Below, piece by piece: positions 12,531 through 24,725 of a stretch of DNA of 64,000 bases. The position numbers and the translations under genes were made by a program. Source of the stretch: Chiloscyllium plagiosum (Eukaryota); contig NC_057734.1 of the NCBI RefSeq assembly GCF_004010195.1, forward strand, positions 44,291,606-44,355,605. Reading direction: 5' to 3'. The number at the start of each line of letters is the position of its first letter. The first letter of the stretch is position 1. The notes beneath the pieces were generated by a model, which had not been told where the DNA came from, made no database searches, and worked only from the letters and a program-made list of their open reading frames with translations.

Positions 12531-12669
12531 ACTGCAATGTTAAGCTCTATTACTGCATTCTTACATTCCTCTGTATTTTATAATGTTTATGCTAGGGTTT
12601 AACGTCATGAATTGGAAATAAACTTCGCAATTGCAAAGTGAGATTGACCAAATATCTTTATTTCATCAG

Positions 12670-12927
12670 GTTCGAACGGAGTCCGCGTCCTGACTCAGCC
12701 AGGATCCATCTCAATATCCCCAGGGAAGGCCACCTGCACCATGTCGGGAGGCAGCGTCGGTAGCGATGAGGTTCAGTCAGGTATTCCAAATCGTTTCAGT
12801 GGGTCCGCGCACTCATCGAGTAATAAGATGCACTTAACCATAACAATCTGCAATCAGAGGACGCCGCCGATTATTATTGTTATGGGGAAGGACTTTCGAG
12901 AGAGGAACTAAGCTGAGAACCTGGGCA
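12670..12927 (+). pseudogene. Germline-joined IgL lambda VJ pseudogene (psi1)
   Basis: Acceptor TTTCATCAG; [53 protein letters not shown], frameshift, [16 protein letters not shown], donor A|GTAAGT; 9-nt and 63-nt deletions plus 3 frameshifting indels relative to the intact gene. Confidence 0.93.
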
Positions 12928-14664
12928 GTAAGTGAATTATTGATCATCTGAAAATTGGAATTCGGAATTGACCAACGTTCGATCTGTGATTATTTGTTTT
13001 CAGTCGCAAATCTCTGAATCCATAAGCACGAGTGTGGAGTCATTCTCAGTCATCCCGCGATTATTTTTCTTATTCAAATCATTTTATTTCCTCGGTGCAG
13101 AGGCGCACATCAAAAATGTTTTACAGACACTTGGCAAATTGACATTTTGTAAATCAGAAGGATTTCTCTCAATTGCATTCATTGAGAACTTATGAATCGC
13201 TGATGTTCAGGTGACAGCAAGATACCTGCAGTCCAAGTTACTGCGCATGTCCTGACCCTGCATTGACAATGTATTAAGATGACATTGGCGCTGCGAGCTT
13301 TGCGTTGTGAGACGACCTAAAGGAATCCAATTCCACTCGAACCTTATATCATACTGAAAATGTTCGGAACGACAAGCCATTCCTGCGCAGGGAGATGAAA
13401 ACCAACATTATTGCTGACGGAGTCAGTGTTTTGAGGCAAGTGTTTTACGTCAGGAATTGTTCGGTCCGCATTGTCGTCGCAGTAAGAGTACTATCAACAA
13501 ACTACGATAGTGCTGTGAAAGGACGCTGTTTCTTTAAAACAGCGGAAGAGAGTGTCGGAAAAATTGATCCAAAGGATACAATCAGACTTCTTTGATGAAT
13601 ACAAATTCTGTGGTTCAACCCCATGGGGCCTTATAGGTGTTACATCTGTGGCTTTCATAGTCCCACTCTAAAAACTGAAAACATTTCTGAAAATGTTCGC
13701 GCGATGCGTTTCCATTCCACTCCGAGATGGAAGCGCCGTTCTAAGTGTGAGCCTCAGGAAGGACAATATGACGCTTTGCTGCAACTCCCTCTCGCTCGTC
13801 TCTACGCAGTGAAAGCTGTTTAGTCCAAGAATTGCAATCTTACCTTTCACAACAATCTCCATTTCTACAGAGAACTTTTTTTTGCGCTGGACTCAGTCAC
13901 TAATGATCAACGGAGATCCAATTCTGTACTGACGTAGCCACAGCCAGGGTAGTTATTTCTTAGTCAATCATCGGACCTGTCCGTCCAATTGCTCGTTTGT
14001 GTCTGAGAATAGGTTCTTAAACCATTGCCGCGGTACCTGCACTCTCTCAAGTGTTGCTAAATGCGTAATCTGTGTCGCAGAAACTCGATAATCTAACATT
14101 GTGTGTAATAATCATTTTTTGGCTGTACAGGGTGAAACAGGCGAAGGTGCACTGTATAAACGAAATCTCCCTTTGTCATAGTTGTTCTTTTTCTCAATGC
14201 ATCTCTAGCACATATTTCAAGAGAAAAACGATTTACTGTAAATTACTTCGCATTTTTACAATACTGTGAACAGATGATTTATAATTTTGCTGAATAGTCT
14301 CGCGGGTCTCCTATTTCGGTGTCAGAATATTCAGTTAAACACCAATTGTACAGTGACTGTGGCAATTGAAACTGGCGACACTTACCTAATCACTCGCAGT
14401 TTCAACTCGTACATTTTCACGTTGTACATGTCAAGGTGAATCGTTCAGAATGCGAATAGATTGCTCATGTGAGACGGGCAAATTTGGTGTTGTGATGTAA
14501 CTGGCATCAGAACTCAGTGTCAGAACCAGTTGTAGCGGTTCCGGGTCTAGATTAACAATTAGAAAACGTGTTTTAATTCTTGCTTCAGATTAAGTAAACC
14601 ACTTCACTCCATGTTTGTCGCTGGCCTTAGTCGGCGCTAAGGGAAATTTATAAATACAGGATAT

Positions 14665-16150
14665 AAGATCATAAGACATAGGAGTGGAANNNNNNNNNNN
14701 NNNNNNNNNNNNNNNNNNNNNNNNNNNNNCTTCTAAACTCCAATGAGTACAATCCCAGGATCCTCAGCCGCTCCTCGTATGTTAGACCTACCACGGATCA
14801 TCCTGCGAATCTCCGCTGGACACGCTCCAGTGCCAGTATGTCCCTCCTGAGGTGTGAGGCCGAAAACTGGACACAGTACTCCAAATGGGGCCTAACCAGA
14901 GCTTTATAAAGTCTCAGTAGCACATCGCTGCTTTTATATTCCAACCCTCTTGAGATAAATGACAACATTGCATTTGCTTTCTTTATCACGAATTCAACCT
15001 GCATGTTTACCTTTAGAGAATCCTCGACTAGCACTTCCAGATCCCTTTGTACTTTGGATTTAAGAATTTTCTCACCGTTTAGAAAGTAGTCCATGCTTGT
15101 ATTCTTTTTTCCAAAGTGCAAGACCTCGCATTTGCTCACATTGAACTTCATCAGCCATTTCCTGGACCACTCTCCCAAACTGTCTAGATCCTTCTGCAGC
15201 CTCCCCACTTCCTCAGTACTACCTGCCTGTCCACCTATCTTCGTATCATTAGCAAACTTCGCTAGAATGCCCACAGTCCCTTCATCCAGATCATTAATAT
15301 ATAACATGAACAGCTGCGGCCCCAACACTGAACGCTGTGGGACACCGCTTGTCACTGGCTGCCATTCCGAAAAAGAACGTCTTATCCCAACTCTCTGCCT
15401 TGTGTCAGACAGCCAATCCTCAATCCATGCCAGTAGGTCACCTCGAACACCATGGCCCTCACCTTACTCAGCAGCCTCCCGTGTGACACCTTATCAAAGG
15501 CCTTTTGGAAGTCTAGATAGACCACATCCACTGGGTTTCCCTGGTCTAACCTACTTGTCACCTCTTCAAAGAATTCTAACAGGTTTGTCAGGCACAACCT
15601 CCCCTTACTAAATCCATGTTGACTTGTTTTAATCCGACCCGGCTCTTCCAATAATTTAGAAACCTCATCCTTAACGATGGATTCTAGAATTTTACCAACA
15701 ACTGAGGTTAGGCTAATTGGCCTATAATTTTCCATCTTTTGTCTTGATCCTTTCTTGAACAATGGGGTTACAACAGTGGTCTTCCAATCATCCCGAACTT
15801 TCCCTGACTCCAGTGACTTTTGAAAGATCTCAACCAACGCCTCCACTATTTCCTCAGCGACCTCCCTCAAAACTCTAGGATGTAGCCCATCGGGACCAGG
15901 AGATTTGTCAATTTTAAGACCTTTTAGCTTTTCTAGCACTATCTCTTTTGTAATGGCAACCATACTCAACTCAGCCTCCTAACTCCCTTTAATTGTTGGG
16001 ATATTACTCATGTCTTCCACTGTGAAGACTGACGCAAAGTACTTATTAAGTTCAACAGCTATTTCCTTATCTCCCATCACTAGCCTTCCAGCATCAGTTT
16101 GAAGTGGCCCAATGTCTACTTTTGCCTGTCATTTGTTTCTTATGTATTGA
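14665..16150 (-). mobile_element. CR1 LINE ORF2 (RT), 5'-truncated; contains an assembly gap
   Basis: ORFs 14798-15355 and 15382-15969: KSPGPDGLHPRVL, YRPISLTS, YLDFQKAFDKV, GVPQRSVLGP, FANDTK. Confidence 0.95.
14690..14729. other. Assembly gap (40 N)
   Basis: Run of N. Confidence 1.
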
Positions 16151-17035
16151 AAGAAAGAAACATTCTTGATGTGTGGCTTTTCTAACGGGCCGCATTTAAT
16201 TGTCATAATCATGAGAATAATTTTGTGTAACGAGAAAAAAATGAAAGTAACAGTGAACATTGATGTAATCTGAAACATGACCTTAGGACAATCAATGCAA
16301 TCAAAGTTAATAAATGACTCCTGAGCAGCAATGCATACCATCTACAAGATGTACTGTAGATATTCACCAAGGCTCCATGTGCATTGATTTCGAAACCCTC
16401 CAATGCTACTAATAAAGATAAGAACAGCAAGGGAATACCACCACTTGTAAGATCCCCTTCAAGTCATTCACTATCCTGACTTGGAAATATACCGCCGTTC
16501 CTTGACTGCCACTGGGTTAATACCCTGGATCTCCCTCCCTAAGCATGTTATGAGACATAGCACGAGAACTGCAGTGGTTCAAAAGGCCGTTCACCACCAC
16601 CTTGTCAGGGGCAACTAGGAAAGACCAATAAATGCTTGCCAGCCAGAGACAGCACATTTCTCACCGAGTTCACAAAAAGTACTTCAGAAGAGCAGACTCC
16701 GCTGTAAAGTAAGAATGCGGCAGGCCAGTTGAACACAGTAAGGATCACTAAACAACCACATTATAATGAGCAGTTTGTTTTATCGATGTTGATTGGCAGA
16801 TCGATTTTACCAGTGCAGATATGAACTTACTATTTGCAAATTAAAGTTAGATCGGGGATATTAATATCCAAGGTAGATGTAATCGGTTAAAATGACAGAA
16901 GTTATTTGTTGGAAAATATTTTCTTTTAGTGAAATATTATCTTTTGACACTCTGGTATCAAAAGATGTATTTGATTCTGGTACCTCAAATGCTTTAGGAC
17001 AGCCCTGTGCAATGTGCCAGGGTATTCTCGATAAC

Positions 17036-17375
17036 AGGCGAAAGTGAGGACTGCAGATGCTGGAGATCCGAGTCTGGATTAGTGTGGTGCTGGAAAAGGC
17101 AGCATCCAAGGAGCAGGAAAATAGACGTTTCGGGCAAAAGCACTTCATCAGGAATGCTAACTCTGATTTCTTCTCACAGATGCTGCCAGATCTGCTGTGT
17201 TTTTCCAGCAATTTCTGTTTTTGTTCCATTTCGATTCCAGTGCTGAAGAAGGATTATAGGACCTGAAACGTTAGCCCTGTTTTGTCTCCAGAGGTCTATC
17301 AGTCTTTCTGTGCTTCTCAGGCAATTTCTGCTTTAGTTTGTTTCAGATTTTCAGCATTCGCACTTCATTCCTTTC
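17036..17375. mobile_element. Cluster of Penelope-type terminal fragments with hammerhead-like motifs (17122-17152 minus; 17243-17272 plus)
   Basis: Reverse complement CTGATGAAGTGCTTTTGCCCGAAACGTC; plus-strand CTGAAGAAGGATTATAGGACCTGAAACGTT. Confidence 0.65.
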
Positions 17376-17377
17376 GA

Positions 17378-19285
17378 CCATAAGACCAGAAGTCTTATGA
17401 GCAGAAATTAGCCCATTCAGCCCATCGAGTCTGCTCCACGATTCAATCATGGTTGATAAGTTTCTCAACCCCATTCCCCCGCTTTCACCCAGTAACCCTT
17501 GATCCCATTAACAATCAAGAACCTATCTATCTCAGTCTCAAATATACTTAATAATTTGGCCTCCACAGTGTTCTGTGGCAATGAATTCCATAGATTCGCC
17601 AATGTCTGGCTGAAGACGTTTATCCTTACCACAATTCTAAATGGTCTTCCCTTTACTCCATGGCTGTGCCCTTGGGTCCTAGTCTTTCCTACCAATGGAA
17701 ACATCTTCTCCACATCTACTCTGTCTAGGCCATTCAGTATTCTTTATGTCTCGATTAGTCCTCTCCTCATCCTTCTAGAATCCATTGAGTATAAACACAG
17801 AATCCTCAAATGTTTCCCATATGCTAAGCTTTTCATTCCTGGGACAATTCTCATGAAGCTTCTCTGAACGAACTCCAGAGGAATACATCCTTCCTGAGAT
17901 ATGGGGCCGAAAACTGCATCTTACAGAGCCTACGAAGTACATCCCTGCTTTTATATTCAAGTTGTCTCAAAATAAATGCCATCATTGCATTTGCTTTCCG
18001 AACTACTGACTCAACCTGCAAATTTACCTTGAGAGAATCCTGGACTAGAACTCCCAAGTCTCTTTGCACTTGAGACTTCTGAATTTCCTCCCCATTTAGA
18101 AAATAGTCCACGTCTGTATTCTTCGTACCGAAATGCATTACCTCAAGTTTCCCACGTTGTACTCCATTTGCCATTTCTTTGCCCACTCTCCTAACCTATC
18201 TAAATACATCTGTGGCCTCCCCACCTCCTTAATGTTACCTCTCCCTCTATCTATCTTTGCATAATCTGAAAACTTAACCAGAATGCTCTCAGTTGCTTTA
18301 TCTCGATTATTAATGTATAAAGTGACAAGTTGTGATTCCAACACTGAGCCTTGCAGAACATGCATTGTCACTGCCAGTCAACCTGAGAAGGAACCATTTC
18401 GCCCCACTCTCTGCTTTCTGCCAGACGGCCAAGCTTCCATACATGCTACACCTTGCCTTTAATATCATGAGCCCTTGTCTTACTCAGTAGTCTTCTGTGC
18501 AGCACCTTGTCAAAGGCTTTCTTGAAGTCCAGATAGATGCCATTCATTGGCTCTCATGGGGCTAATTTCTTCATTACTTCCTCAACGATTTGTCAGTCAT
18601 GACTTCCCTTTGATGAAACCATGTTGACGTTGCCGTATTTTGCCATATATTTCCAAATATTCAGAAATCCAGATGTTTATCCACCTTCAGGCCATTCAGT
18701 TTTTGTAGCACCTTCTCCTCAGCTCTGCCCGCTCACTCGCTTGAATTTTTGGAATATTACTAGTGTCTTACACCGTGGAGATTGCCACAAAGTAATTGTT
18801 CAGTTACTTCGTCATTTCCTTGTTCCCCACAATATCTCTCCAGCGTCATTTTCTAGCGGTCCAATGTCCTCTTTTGCCTCTCCTCTGCCCTTTATACATC
18901 TAAGGAAAATCTTCCAGTCTTTCTTTATATTACTGGCTCTCTTACACTCATATTTAATCTTCTCTCTCCTTTTGTTTTGCTGCTCTCTTGCTGGCCTTTG
19001 TAATCTTCACAATTATTTGGTTTCCCACTGCCCTTCACCGCGTTATGTCCTCTCTCTTTTGCTTTCATGCGATCCCTGTCGTCCCTAGTCAGCCATGGTT
19101 GCCTCATTCTCGTTGTACCAGGCTTCTTTTCCCTCGGGATGCATCTCTGCTGTGTTTCCTGAATTACTCCCAGAAACTCCTGCCATTGCTGTTCCAATGT
19201 CTTTCCTGCAAGGTTCCTCTCCCAGTCTATTCTACCCAGCTGCTCCCTCATGCCTCTGTTGTTGACTTTATTCCGCTATAATACA
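17378..19285 (-). mobile_element. Degenerate CR1 LINE ORF2
   Basis: RDLGVLVQDSLKVNLQV, NLWNSLPQ, QPWLTR motifs in fragmented ORFs. Confidence 0.9.
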
Positions 19286-21869
19286 TTTATGTGAATGTGA
19301 GTGACTCCAAATAAGGAGTGCAGACTTGTGTGTATAAGTTTGCTGCCCGAAGAGTCGTTGAAAGTTGCCTGACTCTGTGATGGATATCCTATCAGTAGAC
19401 TAAATGTAAAAAAATAAAGAAGACGGAGTTCAATGGAAAAAACATGACTTATCCATTTTGAACCTAAGAGTAATGTAAACTAAACATTTACTTAATGTTG
19501 TCTCATGAGGAGCTGTGTACTAATGAATTGATGTAATTGTCCATGAAACAAAAACGCTGAAATAAGGTGTACGAATGAAAATAGTGTGAATGCACTGCTG
19601 GTGTTGATCACAAGAGGATTGGAAAAAAATGTAGAAATATTACATCCCCAACACAGAAATTTAATCAGACCATATCTGGAATTACACTTTCAGAATTCGG
19701 CAACAACATGTTTTAACTTGTGAAAGGATACAGCACAAATTTGTCATGATTATACTTTTATTTTGAGTGTTAAATTGTGCGCAAATATTTTGAAAGACTA
19801 TTAAGTTAGATGACTGTTTATATCAAAGTATTGCAAAGACGTTTTTGTTTTATCCTTCCGTTTTCAAATGGAGGAGTAACCTATTTAAGTATTTCAAATG
19901 TTCAATGAATGTCAGGCACAGAATTTCTACCTCAAATCGGATGCAAACCATTAAAAAAATATATTTTTAAGGTGCTGTTAGGTCATCAAAGATATCTAAT
20001 TATAGGACATTTTCAAAAGGTCATTTGATATAGCTATTATAGGTGAAAACGTGAAGAAATATAGAGCCACGATGAAATAAAAAATGAAAACTCAGGATCA
20101 AATATGCTTTGATTGACCAGCGAAAACAAACTGCCTATTTGCATGCTATTGTTTCTGTACAATTATTAGCAGTGAGAATCTATCAATACACCAGAATATG
20201 GTTGCACTGTATTCACTGCCAATAATATGTATTAATCTAATTTTAAATGCAGGTGGATGCAAAGTTTGAGAGGCATTTTCAATCACAATTATTCTGTCCT
20301 CTTTTGAAAAAAAAACTGTTAATGCATAAATCAGACTTTTTTTGCAGCCCACAAGCCACTCTCCATTGTTTCAGTAGTAGTCAAGAATTTAATCAGACCA
20401 ACATGAGACCATTTCTGAAGTACAGCATTTACAATTGTGGTCTCATTGCTGACGGAAAGATACCCATGATTTACAGGAACTAAGATGAAGATTCAAAATA
20501 CTTATTCTCCTTGAAAGAAGGGTGATGTAGAAATGGAATAAAATGGCCCTGCTTCCTAGCATTATAATAATGAGAGATTATCGCGCCGAAGTACGTAAAA
20601 TTCTCAAGTTGCTTGAAAGGTAGATGGCATGATGCTGCCTTAGGTGACAGTTGGATCTAGAAAAACGAGGGCGGAACCTGGTCATGTATAATCGGTATGA
20701 TGATATAGTTATTCATCCGACAGCTTTGAATCTTTGGATGTTTACCCAACAGTGATAGGAATATTTAGAACTTCACGTACATTCAAAACAGAAGTTTTGT
20801 ATCCAGAAGGATTCATGAGATTTGGGATAGGAATGAAAATAGAATTGAGTAAAAGAATATCATTATCATGTTCAAATGTGGACCAGTCTCGAGGTTTTGA
20901 ATTGCCCACTTCTATTCATTCTTATTTCTCATGTTAATTTTAAATTGAAATAAATCAGCCCTTTCTCGCTGTCAGATGGTGCCACTGTTGATCAGTCTTA
21001 ACTAAACAGCAGAGAGCATCTCTCACAGTTAAGAGCTGGTCCAAGGTTACACTTGCGAAAATAAACTCAACATAAGACTGGCAAACATGTCTTTTAGGAT
21101 GGATTCAGTCACGTTTCCAAAATGACACCATTTTCAGCTACAGGCATTGAGTCAACATTTCTTTTTCATCAACATGTGAAAATTGAATCAGATTTAGTGT
21201 TACAGATGTTCTGAGTATTAATTCTGACTTGAATTCTATTACGTTAGGGGTCAGTCCATAACAGTGACTCACTGCGAAGCAAAATACTTAAAAAGAGAAG
21301 TAGATATTGCAATAAATAATTTAAATATTTTTCACACCACATTGTTCGTGCTGGTATTTCCCTGTTAATGAAGCCGAATGATGTTGCTGGGACAGAATGA
21401 CGATTAATTTTCAGTGCTCGACAGAATGCACATCATTACATAAACATAAAACAAAGAACTGTGGATGCTGAAAATCTGAAACAAAAGAATGCTGATGAAA
21501 CTCAGCACGTCCAACAGCATCTGGGGAGAGAAAGCAGGGTTAACTTTTCAGATTCTTTAGTTCTCCACTCCAATTATCTTAGCAGCAATGTCGTCTCTGC
21601 TTTTATTGATATTTGTCTTCCATGGAAAACACAGAAAGAAGGTATGGTTTAACTATTTTAATTGTATTCTGCGCCTCTGATGGTGTATTCTGACACAGTG
21701 GCAGTGTCACAACCTCTGGGTCAGAAGTTCCCGGCTCAAGTTCAAAAGGCCCCGGAGTATTTCATAAAATGGCTAAACAGGTTGATTAAAATACATTCAT
21801 TACATAATATGTTATATCCTGTCATCTTTCCTGATGGCCAGGAAAATTCCACTGGAATAGAGGATAGGT

Positions 21870-23300
21870 AAATTAACTCCACTATTTAAAAAGAGGTAGA
21901 AAGGAACAGAGGTTTATAGACTGAATGGCCTAGCATTGGGGGTGGGAACATTTCTAGAGCGCATTATCAAATATTTAACACCAGAGGACTTGGAAAATAG
22001 GTGAAGTACCAGAAAGAGTAAACGTGAATTTACGAAAGGGAAGCCATGCTTCACAAATCTTTTGGGAGTTTTTGAGAATGTAACTCGTAATGTTGATTTG
22101 GTTTGGAGGTAGGCAACTGATATTAAACTTTCAGTAGTATTTTGATAAGGTTCCAGAGAAAATATAAACATAGAAAGCGAATGTACTTGGGATTGGGTTA
22201 GTCTACTGACGTGGATGGAGAGCTGGTCCGCAGGCATAAAGCAAAGAGGAATAAGTCGGCTATTTCCTGAGTGGCAAGCAGTAACTACGAGAGCACCATA
22301 GGGATCAGTGCCCATTCTGCAGCTCTATCCGCAATTTAATCATGATTTAAATCAGAGAAATGAAGGTAATCTCCAGAGGTTCACAGATGACACAAATCTG
22401 TGTGGGAGGATGAACTGTCAGGAGGTTGCCAAGATGCTTCGAAACAACTTGAACAAGTTGCGTCTGTGGGAAAATGCATGGCAGGTAACGTTTGTTGTGG
22501 ATAAATGTGAGGCTATCGACTTTTGTAACAAAAACAGGAAGGCAAACTATTACCTGATCGGCTACAGACTGTAAAAGGAGGAAGGTGTACAAGACCTGGA
22601 CGCTCTTGTAAACATTCACTGAAAATAAGAATGCAGATGTGACAGCTAGTGAAGAAAGCAAATAGCATGTTGGCCTTCACAGCAACAGGTTTGGAGTACA
22701 GGAGCATGGATGTTTTACTGCCAGTGTACAGGGCCTTAGTAAGACCATAACTGGAGTATTGTGTATAGTTTTTTTCTCCTTTTCTGAGGAATGATGTACT
22801 GACAATTGGAGGAGAGGATGAAGGTTTACCAGACGGAGTCCTGAGACAGCAGGACTGCTGTTTGAAGAGAATGGATCAGTTAGGACGATATTGACTGGAG
22901 GTGGGAGAAATGAGGCATGATCTCATCCAAATATATAAATTTCTAACAGGAATAAAAATTGAACACAGAAAAGATGTTCTCGATATCTGGGGAGTCCAGT
23001 ACCATGGGGTACAGCTTTTGGACATGGAAAAGGTCATTTAGAATGGAGGACTAAATAAATTGCTTCATCTAGAGAATGATGAGCCTGTTGAATTCTCTCC
23101 CACAGAAAGCAGTTGAAGTTTATTAATTAAATGATGTCAAGAGGAGATAGATATCGTTCTTTGGGAAGTTGATAGTTCTTAAAGGGATCTGGCTGCATGG
23201 AGAAGAAGTGAGAAAAAGGTGCTAAGATGGTTGATAAGCCATGATCAGATTGAATGGTAGGGCAGTTTCGAAGAACTTACACCTGTTCCTATTTTCAATG
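21870..23300 (+). mobile_element. Degenerate CR1 LINE RT/3' end
   Basis: KGKPCFTNLL, FTDDTNL, ALVRP*LEYC-like motifs. Confidence 0.8.
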
Positions 23301-24634
23301 ATTTATGTCAATTATTATTTGCATGGGGTAGAGTGATTCTTGGGGTGCATTTTATATCAAAAGCCATTCTATTCTCATATCCACTCCTTGCCTGCCTTAC
23401 TACACTTTTCATCTCTATACTCAGCTTGCTGTATTTGACATGATGTTTGGTTGAAGACTTTAATGACCTGTATTCTGCATCCCCTTTTAATCTATCTGTG
23501 GAAGCTAATGCTGCATTCTAATTTCTCCCTCTGGGTAAAGATATTGACCCTAAAATCCTTTCTGTCTTGATTAATAACGGCATTAGATTTAAGGCCAATA
23601 GAATTGGCCTCTTGCACTGATGCAAATGTTCGTTCGAATAGTATTTCAAATTTCAACAATCATTTTAACTGATTGAAAGTGAATATGTTTTTATTAATGA
23701 TTCTATTAAGACCAGCAAATGATTGCTGTTGAAACCAATTTTATTAATCAATTTAGTTACACTTGGAAGATAAATATATGCTCACTGGTTACCAGAGTAA
23801 ATGTTGCAAAGTCCGAAATCCCGAATGCCGATTTGCTTCTTGTAGAATGGTCATCGATGTTTTCAGTAAGAAATACCAAATAATTTCCAGAAATGAACTA
23901 ATAGCAACTACGTTCAGAACCCAAGAAGGCACTCCTGAAATTATCAATGCTGACGCAATTGCTACGTGATCTTTATGTGCAAGGGGCACATTTTCTTTAC
24001 AAAATGTTTTTCTTTATGGAAATAACAAACTAAAATTGTTGCATTTTAAATCACAGTGAAGCAATTTAAATCGGGCATGTTGGCTGAAAACTCGCTATAA
24101 TTCCTACAAAAATGCTTCGATTTATCTGAAAATGTACGTGACCTTCATTCCCTGCCACTTTCAAATACTCCCGACCTGATCTAAAACGTGCATTTTCCCT
24201 AACTGTACAGAATACTCTCTGAATATAGAATATTCGTGCTGACATGCATTAGTAAACTAATTTTGGATTAAATGGAACACTAACCTACAGTTAGGATGTA
24301 AAACTTACTCCTGTACACATGGCTCATGATACTCATGAGTGCAGAATTTGAATTTGTATTAAGCATTACTCTGAAGACTGGTTCTGGGAAATGTACTGCA
24401 GAGACTATTTTGTGAGGATTAGGGTTCTCAAGCCTGTTCAAACTGCTGGATCAGATAACTTTATACAATTGTGCTGAAGGCATTGGAAAGAATATTAGCA
24501 CAGAAGATCACTGCGGATGCTGAAAATGACGAACTGGAGTTGTAAAATTCACATTTCTAATTTTGCACACTAAAACTATACCCTTCAATATGTGATTAGT
24601 TAAAATCCCCTGACACTATTGCCTTATTATTCTG

Positions 24635-24725
24635 ACAAGGTCAGAAGTAACTCGATACCAGATTATAGTCCAACACGTTTATTTGAATTCACAAGCTTTC
24701 TGAGCAGTGCTCCTTGATCAGGTGC
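24635..24725 (-). mobile_element. Penelope-type terminal fragment with a degenerate AGCT-type hammerhead (24690-24724)
   Basis: Reverse complement CAC-CTGATCA-A-GGAGC-ACT-GCTCA-GAA-AGCT-T-GTG; flanking sequence related to 43198-43307. Confidence 0.5.

Larger units (their letters stand above)
12928..17035 (+). other. Remnant J-C intron of psi1, paralogous to 42258-44115, interrupted by a CR1
   Basis: Visible homology 13690-14650 vs 42410-43520, 16210-16240 vs 43533-43565, and 16930-17035 vs 44010-44115. Confidence 0.8.

Noticed and set aside
15093-15611. 172-aa plus-strand ORF and similar ORFs (17499, 18621, 28121, 42152)
   Set aside because: Antisense or off-frame shadows of LINE, Penelope or Ig coding sequence
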